A stretch of 64,000 nt of DNA, from IMG/VR virus record IMGVR_UViG_3300043427_001796; one strand, written 5' to 3'. The position numbers were made by a program, and so were the translations under genes. The notes beneath the pieces were generated by a model that saw nothing but the letters and a program-made list of their open reading frames with translations, did no database searches and had not been told where the DNA came from. Of the stretch, positions 38,401-47,976 are shown piece by piece. How positions within the stretch are numbered: position 1 is the first letter of the stretch; the number at the start of each line of letters is the position of its first letter. This DNA is from a virus.

Positions 38401-41400
38401 TGGTGGTATCGTATTCTACACTGGATTAAACTCCAATGGAGACCTTTACATCGGTAACAAGAAGATTAATGGTATTACTGGTGAAGAATCATTCTTAGAA
38501 TCTGCAGAATTAGTTGGATTTGGCGAAGAAGATGATGATCTTGGATCTGCTTTGGTAACTACGTTTACTTCACCAGTTACATTTAGAGAAAAAATTACTG
38601 TTAAAGGAACTGCGGATTTTTCACAACCAGTTACAATAAGAGTTCAACCAAATGATGCCAAAGAACCAGTTGCTGCTCTGTCAATTCTAAGTCTAGTTGA
38701 TCCAAGTGTTCTTGGTGAAGATCCAACATTAGATAGAACTGCATTTCCGGATGAAAAATTAGGGGATATTCGTTTATCGAAAAATAGAATTAATTCTGCA
38801 ATATTTGCAATTAATCCTAGAGGAAATGGTGCATCGGGAGCTTCTGGTCAAGATTATTCAATCAGGACTCACTATAATTTCCAGGAAAGTGGGGGATCTC
38901 CATCAAATACAACTCCAGAGCAATCTCCGGAAATTTATTCACCTACAAATTTAAATTCAAATAAACTATTTTCAGATCAAGATGTTTATTATGGAAATAC
39001 TGGAAATCAACCTATCCCCGGTGATATACTATTTAAAGGTAAAGAAGTAGGTAAATCCGGATCTTTAGGTTGGATTTATGCCAATACTTTTGAAATTATT
39101 CCAAATTCATTGATTCAAACTGTAGCAACTCCAAAAATTAATGATGCAACATTAAATTTAGAAGTTGGAACTGGTGGCGGAGAAGGATACACTGCAACTA
39201 ATCTGATTCGTTTAATCTGGTCTGTATCTGGTGGAGTTGGTGGATCTCCCATCACAAATAGAGAATTAAATCTATCATATGGTCTTACTTTAGATTCTAT
39301 TATTCGCACCATTAATGTTGATGGTCAAGAATTGGAACAAAGATTTAATGGAAGATTTACAATTCACGAAGATACTTGGGATATTGATGGCGAATTTATT
39401 GATATTGAAGTCAATGGATTAGTTACATTTGATTTAGTAGAAAATTGGAATGCGGTTGGAATTGGACAGGGTGCTCAAGTATCTGTTACCAATTCAAACT
39501 GGAAAGAACTGGGAGTTATTGGTTCTGAATCAATTAGAACCTTTACTTCAACACTTGGAGATTATAGAGTAGGCATTAACACAGTTGCTAGATCACCTCA
39601 TAGTGCCTACAGTAACTCTTATGTTGACTCGGCAACAACTGATCCTAGAGCAAATCTTGACGTTGTTGGTAATGTTTTTATTACTGGTAAGGCAGTTCCT
39701 GATTATAGAAGTCAGTCTAATCCTTCTAATAGAGTTGCACAATCATTAAATAATGCATTTGTCCTTGGTTACAATTTCCTCAATTCTACTGATACTTTAA
39801 TTTCGCAAAATGCTGCTACATTCAGAATAGCAACTACAGATGCAACAACACCTGGCACTACTTATCAAAGTGGCGGCAGAGTTGGAATCAACACTCAATT
39901 GAGCGACCTTGATAGAAATTTTGTAGTCAAAGGAAATGCTAGAATTACTGGAGACTTCTTATTTGAAAATGATATTGACATTAATGGAGGAGGTGGAACT
40001 AACACTGCTGATGTAAGAACTAGTATTACTACTGGAACTTTCAATTTCATCTCAAATAGTGGATTTGTTGGAACAGCAAATCTTACAACTTGGGCAGAAG
40101 TAGTTAATTTTGCCAGCAGAGCTTCTACAATCGCAATTGGTAATGTTGAATCCACAACTCAGGTTATCAATATTGGTAATCTTGCTGCCACACAAACAAT
40201 TGATATTGGAAATACCTCGGATACATTCACTATTACGCTAGGAAACGCTAGCACAACTTCTGCAGTATCTAGAGTTAATATTGGTGGAGCATACAGCAGA
40301 AATCAATCATTGAGCTTTACCACAATAAAGACAAAGCAAACCAATATTTGGGGAGATCTGTCAATTGGATTAAACAAAGCATTTAGTGATACATTAGATG
40401 TTACTGGATCTGCTGGCACTGTTAATTTCTTTAGTAATTCTGGAGCAACCTCAACATTAAATTTTGCAACAAACGCAGCACTTGTTACTATGGGTGCTCA
40501 GGGTGGAACAACAACTATCCGCAATAGTTTGACGGTTGATGCAACTCTAAGTGTAAAAGGAAATTCTATAGTTGTTGGTGGAACAGCAGCATTTTCATTT
40601 AATGCAACACGATCTAGATTGGGATCAACTCAGACAACACATACAGGAACACCATCCGGCATTCCTGCTGATAAAAATGTTGATTTTGTTATAATTACAA
40701 CTACTACAAATGTGTTGGATACTGCTGGTGCAGGAACTTGGGGAGGAACTTTCTTCCAGCAAGCAATTCCTACCTATACAGCAGATGATGGGACAGCACT
40801 TGCTGCTTTAACTGGAAATCAATACTATTTACCAATTGTTAATGCACCAGTTGGTATTTCGGAAGGAAATGATCTTTTAATTGATACTGCAGTTTCTGGT
40901 TCTAGTCACCCTGAAATTGTTAGAGTTTCTATAGGAGGATTGAGAAGAGTTAATGCTTCTCCATATTATCTTATTGTTGAGAGACAACCATACGGAACAT
41001 TCTTACCTACAAGAACTGATCACCCAGACGCAACTACAATTAGAAAAGTAATTACGTCATTTGATAGCACTTGGTTAACTTCTAACGTTGACGGAACTGG
41101 AACAACCGATGTAGTCTCTCTTGCTGAATTTGGTGGAGAACTATCACAAGGAAGTTACTTATTCCTGTCTAGAAATACTTCTGGAACTACAGGAGAAGCT
41201 ATATTAGTTGGAGCATCCACATCAGCAATTAATAAAAAGTTTCAGGTTTATAACGGTGCAAACGTCTTAAAATTTGAAATTGATACAATTACTGGTGCTA
41301 CCTTAATTAGTGATAATATTACTAATGGAGGATTGACGGTTTATGGACCAATTGATTTTAATGGATCTTTAAATGTTGACGGAAATGCAACATTTAATAC

Positions 41401-42229
41401 GCCAAATAATTTAACTATAAATGGCGGAAACTTCATCATTAACGATTCTGCAGGAACTTCCAATAAATTAACGCTTACTAATTCTACTGGAAATCTGTTT
41501 ATTTCTGGCGACCTGACAGTTGCTGGAAATGACATTAGTTCAAGCACAAATGTTGCTTTAACTTTATCTGGCGCAAATGTTACTGTTGCTGGAGATCTAC
41601 AGATCAATGGAAATGATATTAAATCCAGCACTGGTGCTACAGTTCTTAGTCTTAGTGCTAATGATGCAACATTTGCTGATAATGTAACAATTGGGGGAGA
41701 CCTAACATTAGATGGTGGCGACTTTACTATTAATTCTGGTGGTATCGAAAAATTTGCTATTAACTCTACTGGATCTATTGATTTTGCCGGAATCACTAAT
41801 TACATTACAAATACTGGAGGATTTAAGTGGGTATTCATTAGCACTGATTCAAATAGTGAAGCATCAATTGGACCAAGTGAACTTTTAAAATCAAATACAA
41901 ATTATTTCGTTAGACCTTCTGGATCCAATGCTGCCTTGATATTAAAACTACCAACAACAGCACAAACTGGAGATATGATTAGAATCGTTGACGTTGGAGG
42001 AAGTTTAAAATATAATACACAATTGGTTCTCAGAGCACCATCTGGTGTTGCAATACAGGGAGATACAACAGGAACAAATATTGGTCTTACTTCAGGAATA
42101 TATAGTGGTGGGGAATTAATTATTAATACGCCAAATGCTGCATTTGGACTTATCTACGCAGGTGCTACTGATGGAGATGGTAATTCAATTCCATCTTCAA
42201 ACAGAGGGTGGCATTTAATGGAGATTTGA
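32450..42229 (+). CDS. giant virion structural/tail fibre protein (3259 aa)
   Basis: RPFKTIQRA beta-helix start, helical repeats, GDL.V.G fibre repeats, C-terminal gp9/10-like LP..A..GD.I.IVD..GW.L.E. Confidence 0.8.
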   Translation: MSLTRLDNLYSSKTGKYLYVSPDDFNATDTLDNRGNSPLRPFKTIQRAFLEVSRFSYQPGANNDRFDQFSIMLMPGDHYIDNRPGLVNYSINGSNQNKNRYYDAGNLIELNREFIANEAYAKMLNANPGFLPSTGTVENFINNVAEVIDSIIYNIKFGGNDKTFDASLVYQDNATLFQNEQAELLEIYENAAEIATSIIKQEIIITLYQTTYTQSFDPSISVGPSESGATTPDIPYGQLETCADVTSDLNTLFDIIASGINQILDLGDRTEPETFGELPIFNFNQATGQWEDNSIIDLRSPDNIYWKFNASTGGAIVPRGCSLVGYDLRRTIVRPLYVPDPSDGTQERTSIFNLTGGCYIWQFTIKDGDLSSNSPLYDSADKVGKVYYQKGNVTNLAVPEYSHHKICIMEYAENFELDAYYKKVAVAFSKYQPTIDDPGEFDVLVQENRIVGPLSDTTFIESIKPVDTNLGEPNQKLVLNVTTKVNHGYFKDQYVAVLNLGLDEELNGTFKVASIDANNPKVFTYEIPGKVAAGLGLTNNAVYTSGSSLNSNAVVQAEIDSVESASPYVFNCSIRSIWGLCGMWANGSKSTGFRSMVVAQYTGVSLQKDDRAFIRYDEFTNTWNQASLTDAFASVPYHAKGDSYWKDEWRNFHIRASDDAFVQCVSVFAVGFFDHFLMESGGDMSITNSNSNFGNTSLHSVGHKGYSFNQDKGGYITHIIPPQQIVGGYRPTIFGDSINSTEIPYYPIDVPTSNDPGNFTRLYLGTNEAYDPSKKPASTLSGYRLGARPGEKLYVELEPITPGGNNLFEATLTPTGIETYNVSVNFLNPTGITINQRAQDASNLIGYNKQFIQDEVYGYITAKYPDLLNNSNIDILTCKRDIGYYVDAVVKDLRLGGNVNSVQTAEGYFSANELIYIENELSETIDALGVTKDFCLAAMRNWNYLLTGCKTETSSSIIEVPSTKGLVVGMKVTSYSSYDSLTQTEPTGSPTATIPPGSYIRSIIDDTNIEIGVKGSYNFGVDPGQYFNPSSQTKVATQELTGAILYFTLRDETEFTSYPNGPVAVRDGIFSTERTIYDDTIPKDTVNVLNNETEYDDIETIIDGYFVDITSILSSDPENAGVDKIEPTTDFSVLSRRATLFTIVGGQAHQMETGTAVRLSPKPAPGTNPDPRVIRLPKGFNTNTTYYVIAPGRKTSPEDFSSTTIFDGSDQQVFLLATTLENAKAGNYIYSPETDSINPDVVIEVNKYILDAQYDLYQYITSVSTDAGTGVLKTSVSHSFDIPSDSIDPIDHQKVFFRPINGSNLPVRTISVAGVTTQVTLDPQDEFWVRYYSPNEFTIYTSYDDSKNDVNRVVLNGNLTFLTYSNKRFSPLRFEPKPTSNQSVRNSTGQWYLRCVDEISDEDNENTNHILYRFNSGNVYSGPNPGEVRTSDTFFERVNDDRIKEDRIYKLRYVIPKYLETVRDPLNGFVLKIRTDNKRRLLPQKIVLKPIISDSHLEEAGYSSSSIAKFLNNSGINPDFDNTDEQIGWDRKTYGSIIEPKYDPYSNPKVVETKNGKIAFTIQSAKIISQDNGSGTNFSYLEVVAFDHTILNQAIKNEKFTIVKIEPPQGSVGIFSANATSNTNGNLIQWSGHSSGTGYLHGYFTTSDKPFTSSSVTNQDHYLIIKNITDGEINFSKINQTTFFQGGSTPLGSTVFAKLLAKPDSVGDANGNSKSLKSDYLYSLKGSNVFTLVPGDIVSDDTGAEFYIDSVEDVGEIEDTFYIFDIEEIKERIPGQQDGIYYLTCLKGNVSPFPTGPGVGNNFRNFKFSQPVAYIYPQNYKDDPLWYEKLDSDYYGDEINDPPASYSAADNYVHGLVTVNNSKFSSTKEAVTFLVNSPALNEYEYDEYVDVAPEYSVDARLRAQVGNAESGSEDRLIPIRGTSLFPTEERLYVELRRPSIARSGNHTFEYLGFGPGNYSTGFPLRQEVILTDKQDFYAQAKREDGGIVFYTGLNSNGDLYIGNKKINGITGEESFLESAELVGFGEEDDDLGSALVTTFTSPVTFREKITVKGTADFSQPVTIRVQPNDAKEPVAALSILSLVDPSVLGEDPTLDRTAFPDEKLGDIRLSKNRINSAIFAINPRGNGASGASGQDYSIRTHYNFQESGGSPSNTTPEQSPEIYSPTNLNSNKLFSDQDVYYGNTGNQPIPGDILFKGKEVGKSGSLGWIYANTFEIIPNSLIQTVATPKINDATLNLEVGTGGGEGYTATNLIRLIWSVSGGVGGSPITNRELNLSYGLTLDSIIRTINVDGQELEQRFNGRFTIHEDTWDIDGEFIDIEVNGLVTFDLVENWNAVGIGQGAQVSVTNSNWKELGVIGSESIRTFTSTLGDYRVGINTVARSPHSAYSNSYVDSATTDPRANLDVVGNVFITGKAVPDYRSQSNPSNRVAQSLNNAFVLGYNFLNSTDTLISQNAATFRIATTDATTPGTTYQSGGRVGINTQLSDLDRNFVVKGNARITGDFLFENDIDINGGGGTNTADVRTSITTGTFNFISNSGFVGTANLTTWAEVVNFASRASTIAIGNVESTTQVINIGNLAATQTIDIGNTSDTFTITLGNASTTSAVSRVNIGGAYSRNQSLSFTTIKTKQTNIWGDLSIGLNKAFSDTLDVTGSAGTVNFFSNSGATSTLNFATNAALVTMGAQGGTTTIRNSLTVDATLSVKGNSIVVGGTAAFSFNATRSRLGSTQTTHTGTPSGIPADKNVDFVIITTTTNVLDTAGAGTWGGTFFQQAIPTYTADDGTALAALTGNQYYLPIVNAPVGISEGNDLLIDTAVSGSSHPEIVRVSIGGLRRVNASPYYLIVERQPYGTFLPTRTDHPDATTIRKVITSFDSTWLTSNVDGTGTTDVVSLAEFGGELSQGSYLFLSRNTSGTTGEAILVGASTSAINKKFQVYNGANVLKFEIDTITGATLISDNITNGGLTVYGPIDFNGSLNVDGNATFNTPNNLTINGGNFIINDSAGTSNKLTLTNSTGNLFISGDLTVAGNDISSSTNVALTLSGANVTVAGDLQINGNDIKSSTGATVLSLSANDATFADNVTIGGDLTLDGGDFTINSGGIEKFAINSTGSIDFAGITNYITNTGGFKWVFISTDSNSEASIGPSELLKSNTNYFVRPSGSNAALILKLPTTAQTGDMIRIVDVGGSLKYNTQLVLRAPSGVAIQGDTTGTNIGLTSGIYSGGELIINTPNAAFGLIYAGATDGDGNSIPSSNRGWHLMEI

Positions 42230-42232
42230 TAA

Positions 42233-43306
42233 ATGGCAACGCATTACAATAATGTCAAATCGATGAAATCTTGCTCCATAGGAACTATAATTCCATGGGC
42301 TGGTAACATAAGTAGCATTCCACCTGGGTGGTTAAAATGTGATGGTGCTACAATCTCACCACAAGATTTTCCTCTGTTGTATGAAATAATCGGTACTCGC
42401 TACGGTGGTGATGGTATCACATTCAATTTACCTCAACTTTTATCTAAAGCAATTGCTGACTTCCATCCAAATCATCAGAATATATCTGGATTGGGAATGT
42501 CCAGTAACTTTGCGGCAAGAATAGGTACGGATACTGCTAATAGCACTGCTGGCACTGTATCTAATATAGATTTAAGATTTGGTATTTCTACGAGAAATAC
42601 TTTTAGTGCGTCTGTAACTGGAATAGGTATTAATCCTCCGTCTTATGGAGAAAGTGTATCTATTATTCCTAGATTGATGGGAGATCACCATATGGGTGGT
42701 CATAGTCATACATCTCAAAATGGATATAGTTCCGTTGGTCCGGCTTCTCAATGGGTTGAGCGTTGTCAAGGTGGTGAATTGACTAATTGTGGATTCTTTT
42801 GTCCTGATGATTGTGAAAATGTTTCTTTCTATACTTCCGAATCAAACTCAAACGCTGAATTTGATCGATCATCATATGTCATCCCGGAATCAGCATCTGG
42901 TAATAATTTGGGGTATAATTTACAATCTGGCGGAGCTAGTAGAAATGAATACGCTACTGGTCAATTAGAAGCATCAAATATTTCTGGAGTTAGAAATTTT
43001 TTACAACCTTCAGATGATACATTAGAGTCAAATAATACTGGAAATGGTGGTAGATTTGGATATCCAGTTGCATTAAATCATCCAGAAGTTAATTTTGTTA
43101 GTAGGGCATTAGGACATACACATGATTCTGTTGATTTTACAATAACTATTGGCAGTGTAAGGACTCCAAATACTATAAGTATTAACACTATTGGAACTGG
43201 AAATGTTACTCCAATCAATGAGGGCACAGAACAAATAGCAACAATACGAGTAGATAATATAGACACACCTTCATTATCCATAATCCACATTATAAGGGCA
43301 TACTAA
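42233..43306 (+). CDS. tail collar domain fibre protein
   Basis: IGTIIPWAG...PPGWLKCDG..FPLLYEIIG..YGG..FNLP; H.H motifs. Confidence 0.85.
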   Translation: MATHYNNVKSMKSCSIGTIIPWAGNISSIPPGWLKCDGATISPQDFPLLYEIIGTRYGGDGITFNLPQLLSKAIADFHPNHQNISGLGMSSNFAARIGTDTANSTAGTVSNIDLRFGISTRNTFSASVTGIGINPPSYGESVSIIPRLMGDHHMGGHSHTSQNGYSSVGPASQWVERCQGGELTNCGFFCPDDCENVSFYTSESNSNAEFDRSSYVIPESASGNNLGYNLQSGGASRNEYATGQLEASNISGVRNFLQPSDDTLESNNTGNGGRFGYPVALNHPEVNFVSRALGHTHDSVDFTITIGSVRTPNTISINTIGTGNVTPINEGTEQIATIRVDNIDTPSLSIIHIIRAY

Positions 43307-43308
43307 AA

Positions 43309-44184
43309 ATGGCAAAAAATTATTCGTTTGAGAAGGGAAAATACGGAATAGTTACTGGAACCATAATGCCATTTGGTAGATATCTAGATGGAACAAATCC
43401 TGAAGGAACTGATTGGGTTAATTATGTCCCCGCAGGATTTTTAAGGTGCAATGGATTAATTTACAAGGCCAGAGATTTTAGAGCTCTAGCAGAAATATTG
43501 GGAATTGGATCTGATTGTAAATTTGCTAAAGAAGGATTCTCATTAGAAGAGGCTAATGATGATTTAACTTTGGGACAATTTCAGTTGCCAGATTTGGGAT
43601 CAAAATATGTAAAAGCATCTAATGCAAGTGGAATTTATGATAATTTGGTAATTTTAAATCCAAATACTGGTGTTGAAACTACTAGAGTTGGTTTGGAAGT
43701 TGAAATGAGTTTAAATAGAGGTGAAGAAATTGAAACTTTTTTCTCTGGTGAGTTTGCTGTTCCTCAGACAGAAGTTCCATTCCCTGCTACTCAAAATTTC
43801 GGAACAACACTTTCCGGTCAAGTTCCTGCTACTGCATTTCAGCAAGATAATCTTCTACCACATGGACATTATTCTAACGCTGCTGTTGTTCGTAGCGGTC
43901 CATTTTCGGCCCAAGTGGCAACATGGCCTGGCGATTTAAAAGCTGGATACTATTCTGATCAAGTAGAGACTCAAACTGCACTAGGAGGAAGTGCTACTGG
44001 TGTAAGTCATAATCATAGTCTACAGAGATCTACAGTTAGCAGATCCACCACTCATAATATAAGCGCATTTGATCTTTCTGCTGATCAGATCGTTACGACA
44101 ACACGGATAAATATGGATAATACATTCAAAATGGATGATCTACAGCACAAATATATTCTAGTTGAATATTTAATTAAAACTTAA
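43309..44184 (+). CDS. tail collar domain protein
   Basis: PAGFLRCNG, FQLPDLG, EYLIK. Confidence 0.82.
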   Translation: MAKNYSFEKGKYGIVTGTIMPFGRYLDGTNPEGTDWVNYVPAGFLRCNGLIYKARDFRALAEILGIGSDCKFAKEGFSLEEANDDLTLGQFQLPDLGSKYVKASNASGIYDNLVILNPNTGVETTRVGLEVEMSLNRGEEIETFFSGEFAVPQTEVPFPATQNFGTTLSGQVPATAFQQDNLLPHGHYSNAAVVRSGPFSAQVATWPGDLKAGYYSDQVETQTALGGSATGVSHNHSLQRSTVSRSTTHNISAFDLSADQIVTTTRINMDNTFKMDDLQHKYILVEYLIKT

Positions 44185-44185
44185 A

Positions 44186-45304
44186 ATGGCAGTAAGATAT
44201 TCTAAACAGACACAAAAAACTGGTGCATCGATTGGAACTGTGATTTCAGTTCCAAAACCATCTACCTGGACAAATAGTAGTAATTTAGCAACTGAATCTT
44301 CAAATTGGAATATAGAAACACTGTATCCTGGGTGGTTAGAATGCGATGGTAGATTACTTAATGTTTCTGATTATCGAGCATTATATCAAGTCCTTGGTAA
44401 TACTTATGGTGGAACACAAAATTCTACATTTAGATTACCAGATTATAGATCTAAAAAATTAATGGGAACTGGAGTTCTTGATGGTAATATTGGTGCTGGA
44501 TTATCTTTAACTCCCGTCACCAATCCAACTGGAACTCCTGGAGGATCTATAGATACTCCAGGAACTCAAGGGGGATTATATAATGTAAGCACGGTCAGGC
44601 AATTACCTCCAGGGTCTGAAATTACTCCTGGAAGTCCTGGCAATCCAGTATCTATTGGTGGAAGTTCAGAAGATACTTTTGAATTGGGTAGTTTTTTTAC
44701 AACTGGATTTGATAAAACAACTACTGAAGTTGAGCCAAACTATAGTGGAACTGCATCTTTCAGTGCCGGAAGCTCAAATGGCACAGAACCTAGACTAGTA
44801 TCTGCAGCTCCAGTGCATGATCATGTTATGAGACATGTTCTCAGGAGTGATGATCAAGCATCTTCTGGTAGTCCCTACTATTCTGATGCTAGAGTTGGAT
44901 TTGTTAATAAAACTAATGGCACACCACTGACTTTTAGTAGAAGCGGATCTCCATTACGAGCTCATTCTCATTACATCACTTGGGGAACGGCAGCACCAGT
45001 ATCTTCATATGGTCATGATGAAGGTCCAGGTGGAGCTCTGTATAATGGAAATTTAAACCCAGCAAATCAGACTGCACACGATACTTTTGTTGCAAATCCA
45101 AGTAATAATTTAGGCACAACCATCAACAAAACAATTAATTTAGTTAATGATGCTGGTGTAAATTTGAATCCTGGTAATATAGTTATGAAAACTTCTTCCA
45201 GATCAGAGTTTGATGCTGCATTGAGTGTAAGGTTACAGGCCGCGGAAGAAATTCTGTTGATGAGTCCATATTTTCGTCTTAAATATATAATAAAAGCATA
45301 CTGA
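44186..45304 (+). CDS. tail collar domain fibre protein
   Basis: PGWLECDG..LYQVLGNTYGG..FRLPDYR, YIIKAY. Confidence 0.85.
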   Translation: MAVRYSKQTQKTGASIGTVISVPKPSTWTNSSNLATESSNWNIETLYPGWLECDGRLLNVSDYRALYQVLGNTYGGTQNSTFRLPDYRSKKLMGTGVLDGNIGAGLSLTPVTNPTGTPGGSIDTPGTQGGLYNVSTVRQLPPGSEITPGSPGNPVSIGGSSEDTFELGSFFTTGFDKTTTEVEPNYSGTASFSAGSSNGTEPRLVSAAPVHDHVMRHVLRSDDQASSGSPYYSDARVGFVNKTNGTPLTFSRSGSPLRAHSHYITWGTAAPVSSYGHDEGPGGALYNGNLNPANQTAHDTFVANPSNNLGTTINKTINLVNDAGVNLNPGNIVMKTSSRSEFDAALSVRLQAAEEILLMSPYFRLKYIIKAY

Positions 45305-45311
45305 AAATACT

Positions 45312-45965
45312 ATGTCTATAATACCAATTAAACCTCCCGAGTTAATGGAGGGAAAATTTGATGATTTCATTGGAGTTTGGGAAGATCATGTTCCTAAATT
45401 TGTTTGTGATAAAGCCATTAAACATATCGATGAAGTTTTACTGAATTGTTCGACCAATCAATTACAACTTAACGATTCAATGGATATTGAACCCATGGAG
45501 GGGGACCGTCAATTCAAAACTAAAAATCTCGGTCGTCAAGATTATAGTGTAATGATTAATCATACTGCTGCGGCATTATGTAATGAATTTAATCAATATT
45601 TACACTCTTGCTTTCTAGATTATATTGATCAATATGGACAACTTGCAAATACACCATTAATTGCTACAGATTCTAAACTACAAAGAACTGAACCTATGGG
45701 TGGGTATCATGTTTGGCATTATGAAGATACTGGATATGATATGGCACAAAGAGTTTTGGTTTGGATGATATATTTAAATGATCTTCCGGAAGGTGAGGGC
45801 GAGACAGAGTTTTTATATCAAAAAAGAAGGATCAGACCCAAAAGAGGAACATGTGTAATTTGGCCTGCAGGATATACTCATGTGCATAGAGGTTTAACTG
45901 TTTATTCTCAGAATAAATATATATTGACGGGTTGGTATATAAACGCCCCAGTATTACGTTACTAA
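45312..45965 (+). CDS. 2OG-Fe(II) oxygenase
   Basis: GGYHVWHYE, WMIYLND..GETEFL, THVHRG..KYILTGW. Confidence 0.9.
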   Translation: MSIIPIKPPELMEGKFDDFIGVWEDHVPKFVCDKAIKHIDEVLLNCSTNQLQLNDSMDIEPMEGDRQFKTKNLGRQDYSVMINHTAAALCNEFNQYLHSCFLDYIDQYGQLANTPLIATDSKLQRTEPMGGYHVWHYEDTGYDMAQRVLVWMIYLNDLPEGEGETEFLYQKRRIRPKRGTCVIWPAGYTHVHRGLTVYSQNKYILTGWYINAPVLRY

Positions 45966-45979
45966 TAAACAAAATTAAT

Positions 45980-46945
45980 ATGGAAAACCCAGAAAGAGCA
46001 CCAGTTCTACAATTTTATCTTCGTGAAAAGAAGATATATTGGGGTGGAAATATGCATTTAGTTGACGAAGAATCTCTGAAAGAATTTATATCATCTATTG
46101 ATAAATCTATTTGGTCTGAAGATGACCAAATTGTATTCTTTAATTGGTATAATGACGAAACTTTTTCTTGTGAAAAGGAAAAAAATGCCTATGATTATAG
46201 GTTACAGAAAAAGGTTCCAGTAATGTATAATGCAAATCTTACTCCAGAACAGGGATTTAATTTATATAATAAATTTTTGAATCTTTATGAAGAAGTAAGA
46301 ATAAAATTTTTACGAAATTCTAAAGAAGAAGTAAAAAAACAAATTGTTCAGCAATTCGATTTTATTGTTGCAAATTTGAGAGGATTAAGATCAAGTTTGC
46401 TCTCAAAATCAGATTGGACTCAGATTCCAGATGTCCCGTTGGATGAAGACGTTAAAATTATGTGGTCAAAATATAGACAAACTCTTAGGGATGTTACAAA
46501 AAATCCTAATTGGAGTAATGAAAATATCCTAAACATTGAGTTTCCAATAGATCCAGAAAATTATTTACTAAGATATCCAAATAAAGATGTTGAGTATCTT
46601 TCTACTCCAGATCAGTTTGAAAATCATGCTTTAATGCTAACAAAAGTAAAACTTTTAAAATTTGCTACGTATATATCTTTACCCATGGACGAAGATCTTA
46701 ATTTACTTTCTTATAGTGAATTGAAGGAAAAAATTACCAAAGCAATTCAAAAAATTGATAAAAATTTGGAACTTACAATTAATTATAAAACTGGATACAT
46801 GGGAGCTTGTTCAGATAGTGCAACTAACTTACAATCTGGATTAACTGATGAAGCTAGGGAAGTTCTATCTGAATTACTTCAAAAAAATCCAGAGGTTTAC
46901 TACCACGACGCTGCAACACAAGCACTAAATAAAATTTCGGAATAA
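45980..46945 (+). CDS. tail fibre assembly chaperone-like protein
   Basis: R..LL..SDWTQ.PD.P....W..YRQ.LRD. Confidence 0.75.
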   Translation: MENPERAPVLQFYLREKKIYWGGNMHLVDEESLKEFISSIDKSIWSEDDQIVFFNWYNDETFSCEKEKNAYDYRLQKKVPVMYNANLTPEQGFNLYNKFLNLYEEVRIKFLRNSKEEVKKQIVQQFDFIVANLRGLRSSLLSKSDWTQIPDVPLDEDVKIMWSKYRQTLRDVTKNPNWSNENILNIEFPIDPENYLLRYPNKDVEYLSTPDQFENHALMLTKVKLLKFATYISLPMDEDLNLLSYSELKEKITKAIQKIDKNLELTINYKTGYMGACSDSATNLQSGLTDEAREVLSELLQKNPEVYYHDAATQALNKISE

Positions 46946-46954
46946 CTAATCATT

Positions 46955-47638
46955 ATGTTTCATACATTAACTCTTTTGAATGAACAGAATATTCAAAAAT
47001 TAAATTCTCTTTATGATGCTGCTGAATTTAAAGCAGGTCTTATGACAAAGGTTGAATTTGTGCCACAAATTAAAAATAATCTAGAAATGACAAGAGGTGA
47101 AGGATATTTTACCGAAAGTGAAAAAATTATAGTATCATCAGTTGCTGAAAATTATGATTTTCAGGAGTATACAGCACTGAGAAAATACGGACCCATTTTA
47201 TTTTCTCAGTATACTAGCGGTATGTATTATCACAAGCACAATGATTATTACAAAATGGGATCTGTTAGAACAGATTATAGTTGTACAGTTTTTCTGTCTA
47301 ATCCAGATGAGTATTCTGGTGGTGAGTTGATGATTGATATCGGCAATAAAGAAATCCCTTTTAAATTGGATGCCGGAGATGCTATAATATACCCAACTGG
47401 TTATACACATAGAGTAAATGAAGTTACATCTGGAGTAAGACGTGTTTGCGTATTTTGGATCGAATCTACTATTCAAAACAGTGTTTTGAGGCAAATTAAT
47501 TCAGATATGCATGGTATTATGAAAAATTACGCTGTTCCTGATAATTGGAAGGAAAAGCAACCAGAATTGTATGAAAATTTTGTTAAAATTAAATTTAATT
47601 TACTAAGAAACTTTGGAAATTTTGAGGGAATGAACTAA
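46955..47638 (+). CDS. PKHD-type (PiuC/YbiX-like) Fe/2OG hydroxylase
   Basis: HND...RTDYSCTVFLSNPDEYSGGEL...H.V.EVTSG.R. Confidence 0.88.
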   Translation: MFHTLTLLNEQNIQKLNSLYDAAEFKAGLMTKVEFVPQIKNNLEMTRGEGYFTESEKIIVSSVAENYDFQEYTALRKYGPILFSQYTSGMYYHKHNDYYKMGSVRTDYSCTVFLSNPDEYSGGELMIDIGNKEIPFKLDAGDAIIYPTGYTHRVNEVTSGVRRVCVFWIESTIQNSVLRQINSDMHGIMKNYAVPDNWKEKQPELYENFVKIKFNLLRNFGNFEGMN

Positions 47639-47976
47639 TGGAAAATTTAAGAATTTCTGATCTAATCAGCGATTATTGCATCAAAAATAGAGTAAGTTTA
47701 GTCTATTATGAAATTAAATATTCAACGATAGAAGAAAGGGAAAAGATATGTGATTTCTATGACGATAAAGTTGATATGGAATTTATCAATGCAATGAGAA
47801 ATGATGATGATTGTTTTTTCTCTTTCTCTAATGCATTAACAGCTGTTGAAATTGCGGAAATGAATTTCCCAACCAAGAGAGAAATATTGGGAATGACCAA
47901 TGACTTACTTTTATATGTTTTTTGTTGTGTTTATGATGAAAATGGTAATTTCCTCTGGGATAACTCTTTAGAATGA
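47638..47976 (+). CDS. hypothetical protein
   Basis: Translationally coupled ORF. Confidence 0.65.
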   Translation: MENLRISDLISDYCIKNRVSLVYYEIKYSTIEEREKICDFYDDKVDMEFINAMRNDDDCFFSFSNALTAVEIAEMNFPTKREILGMTNDLLLYVFCCVYDENGNFLWDNSLE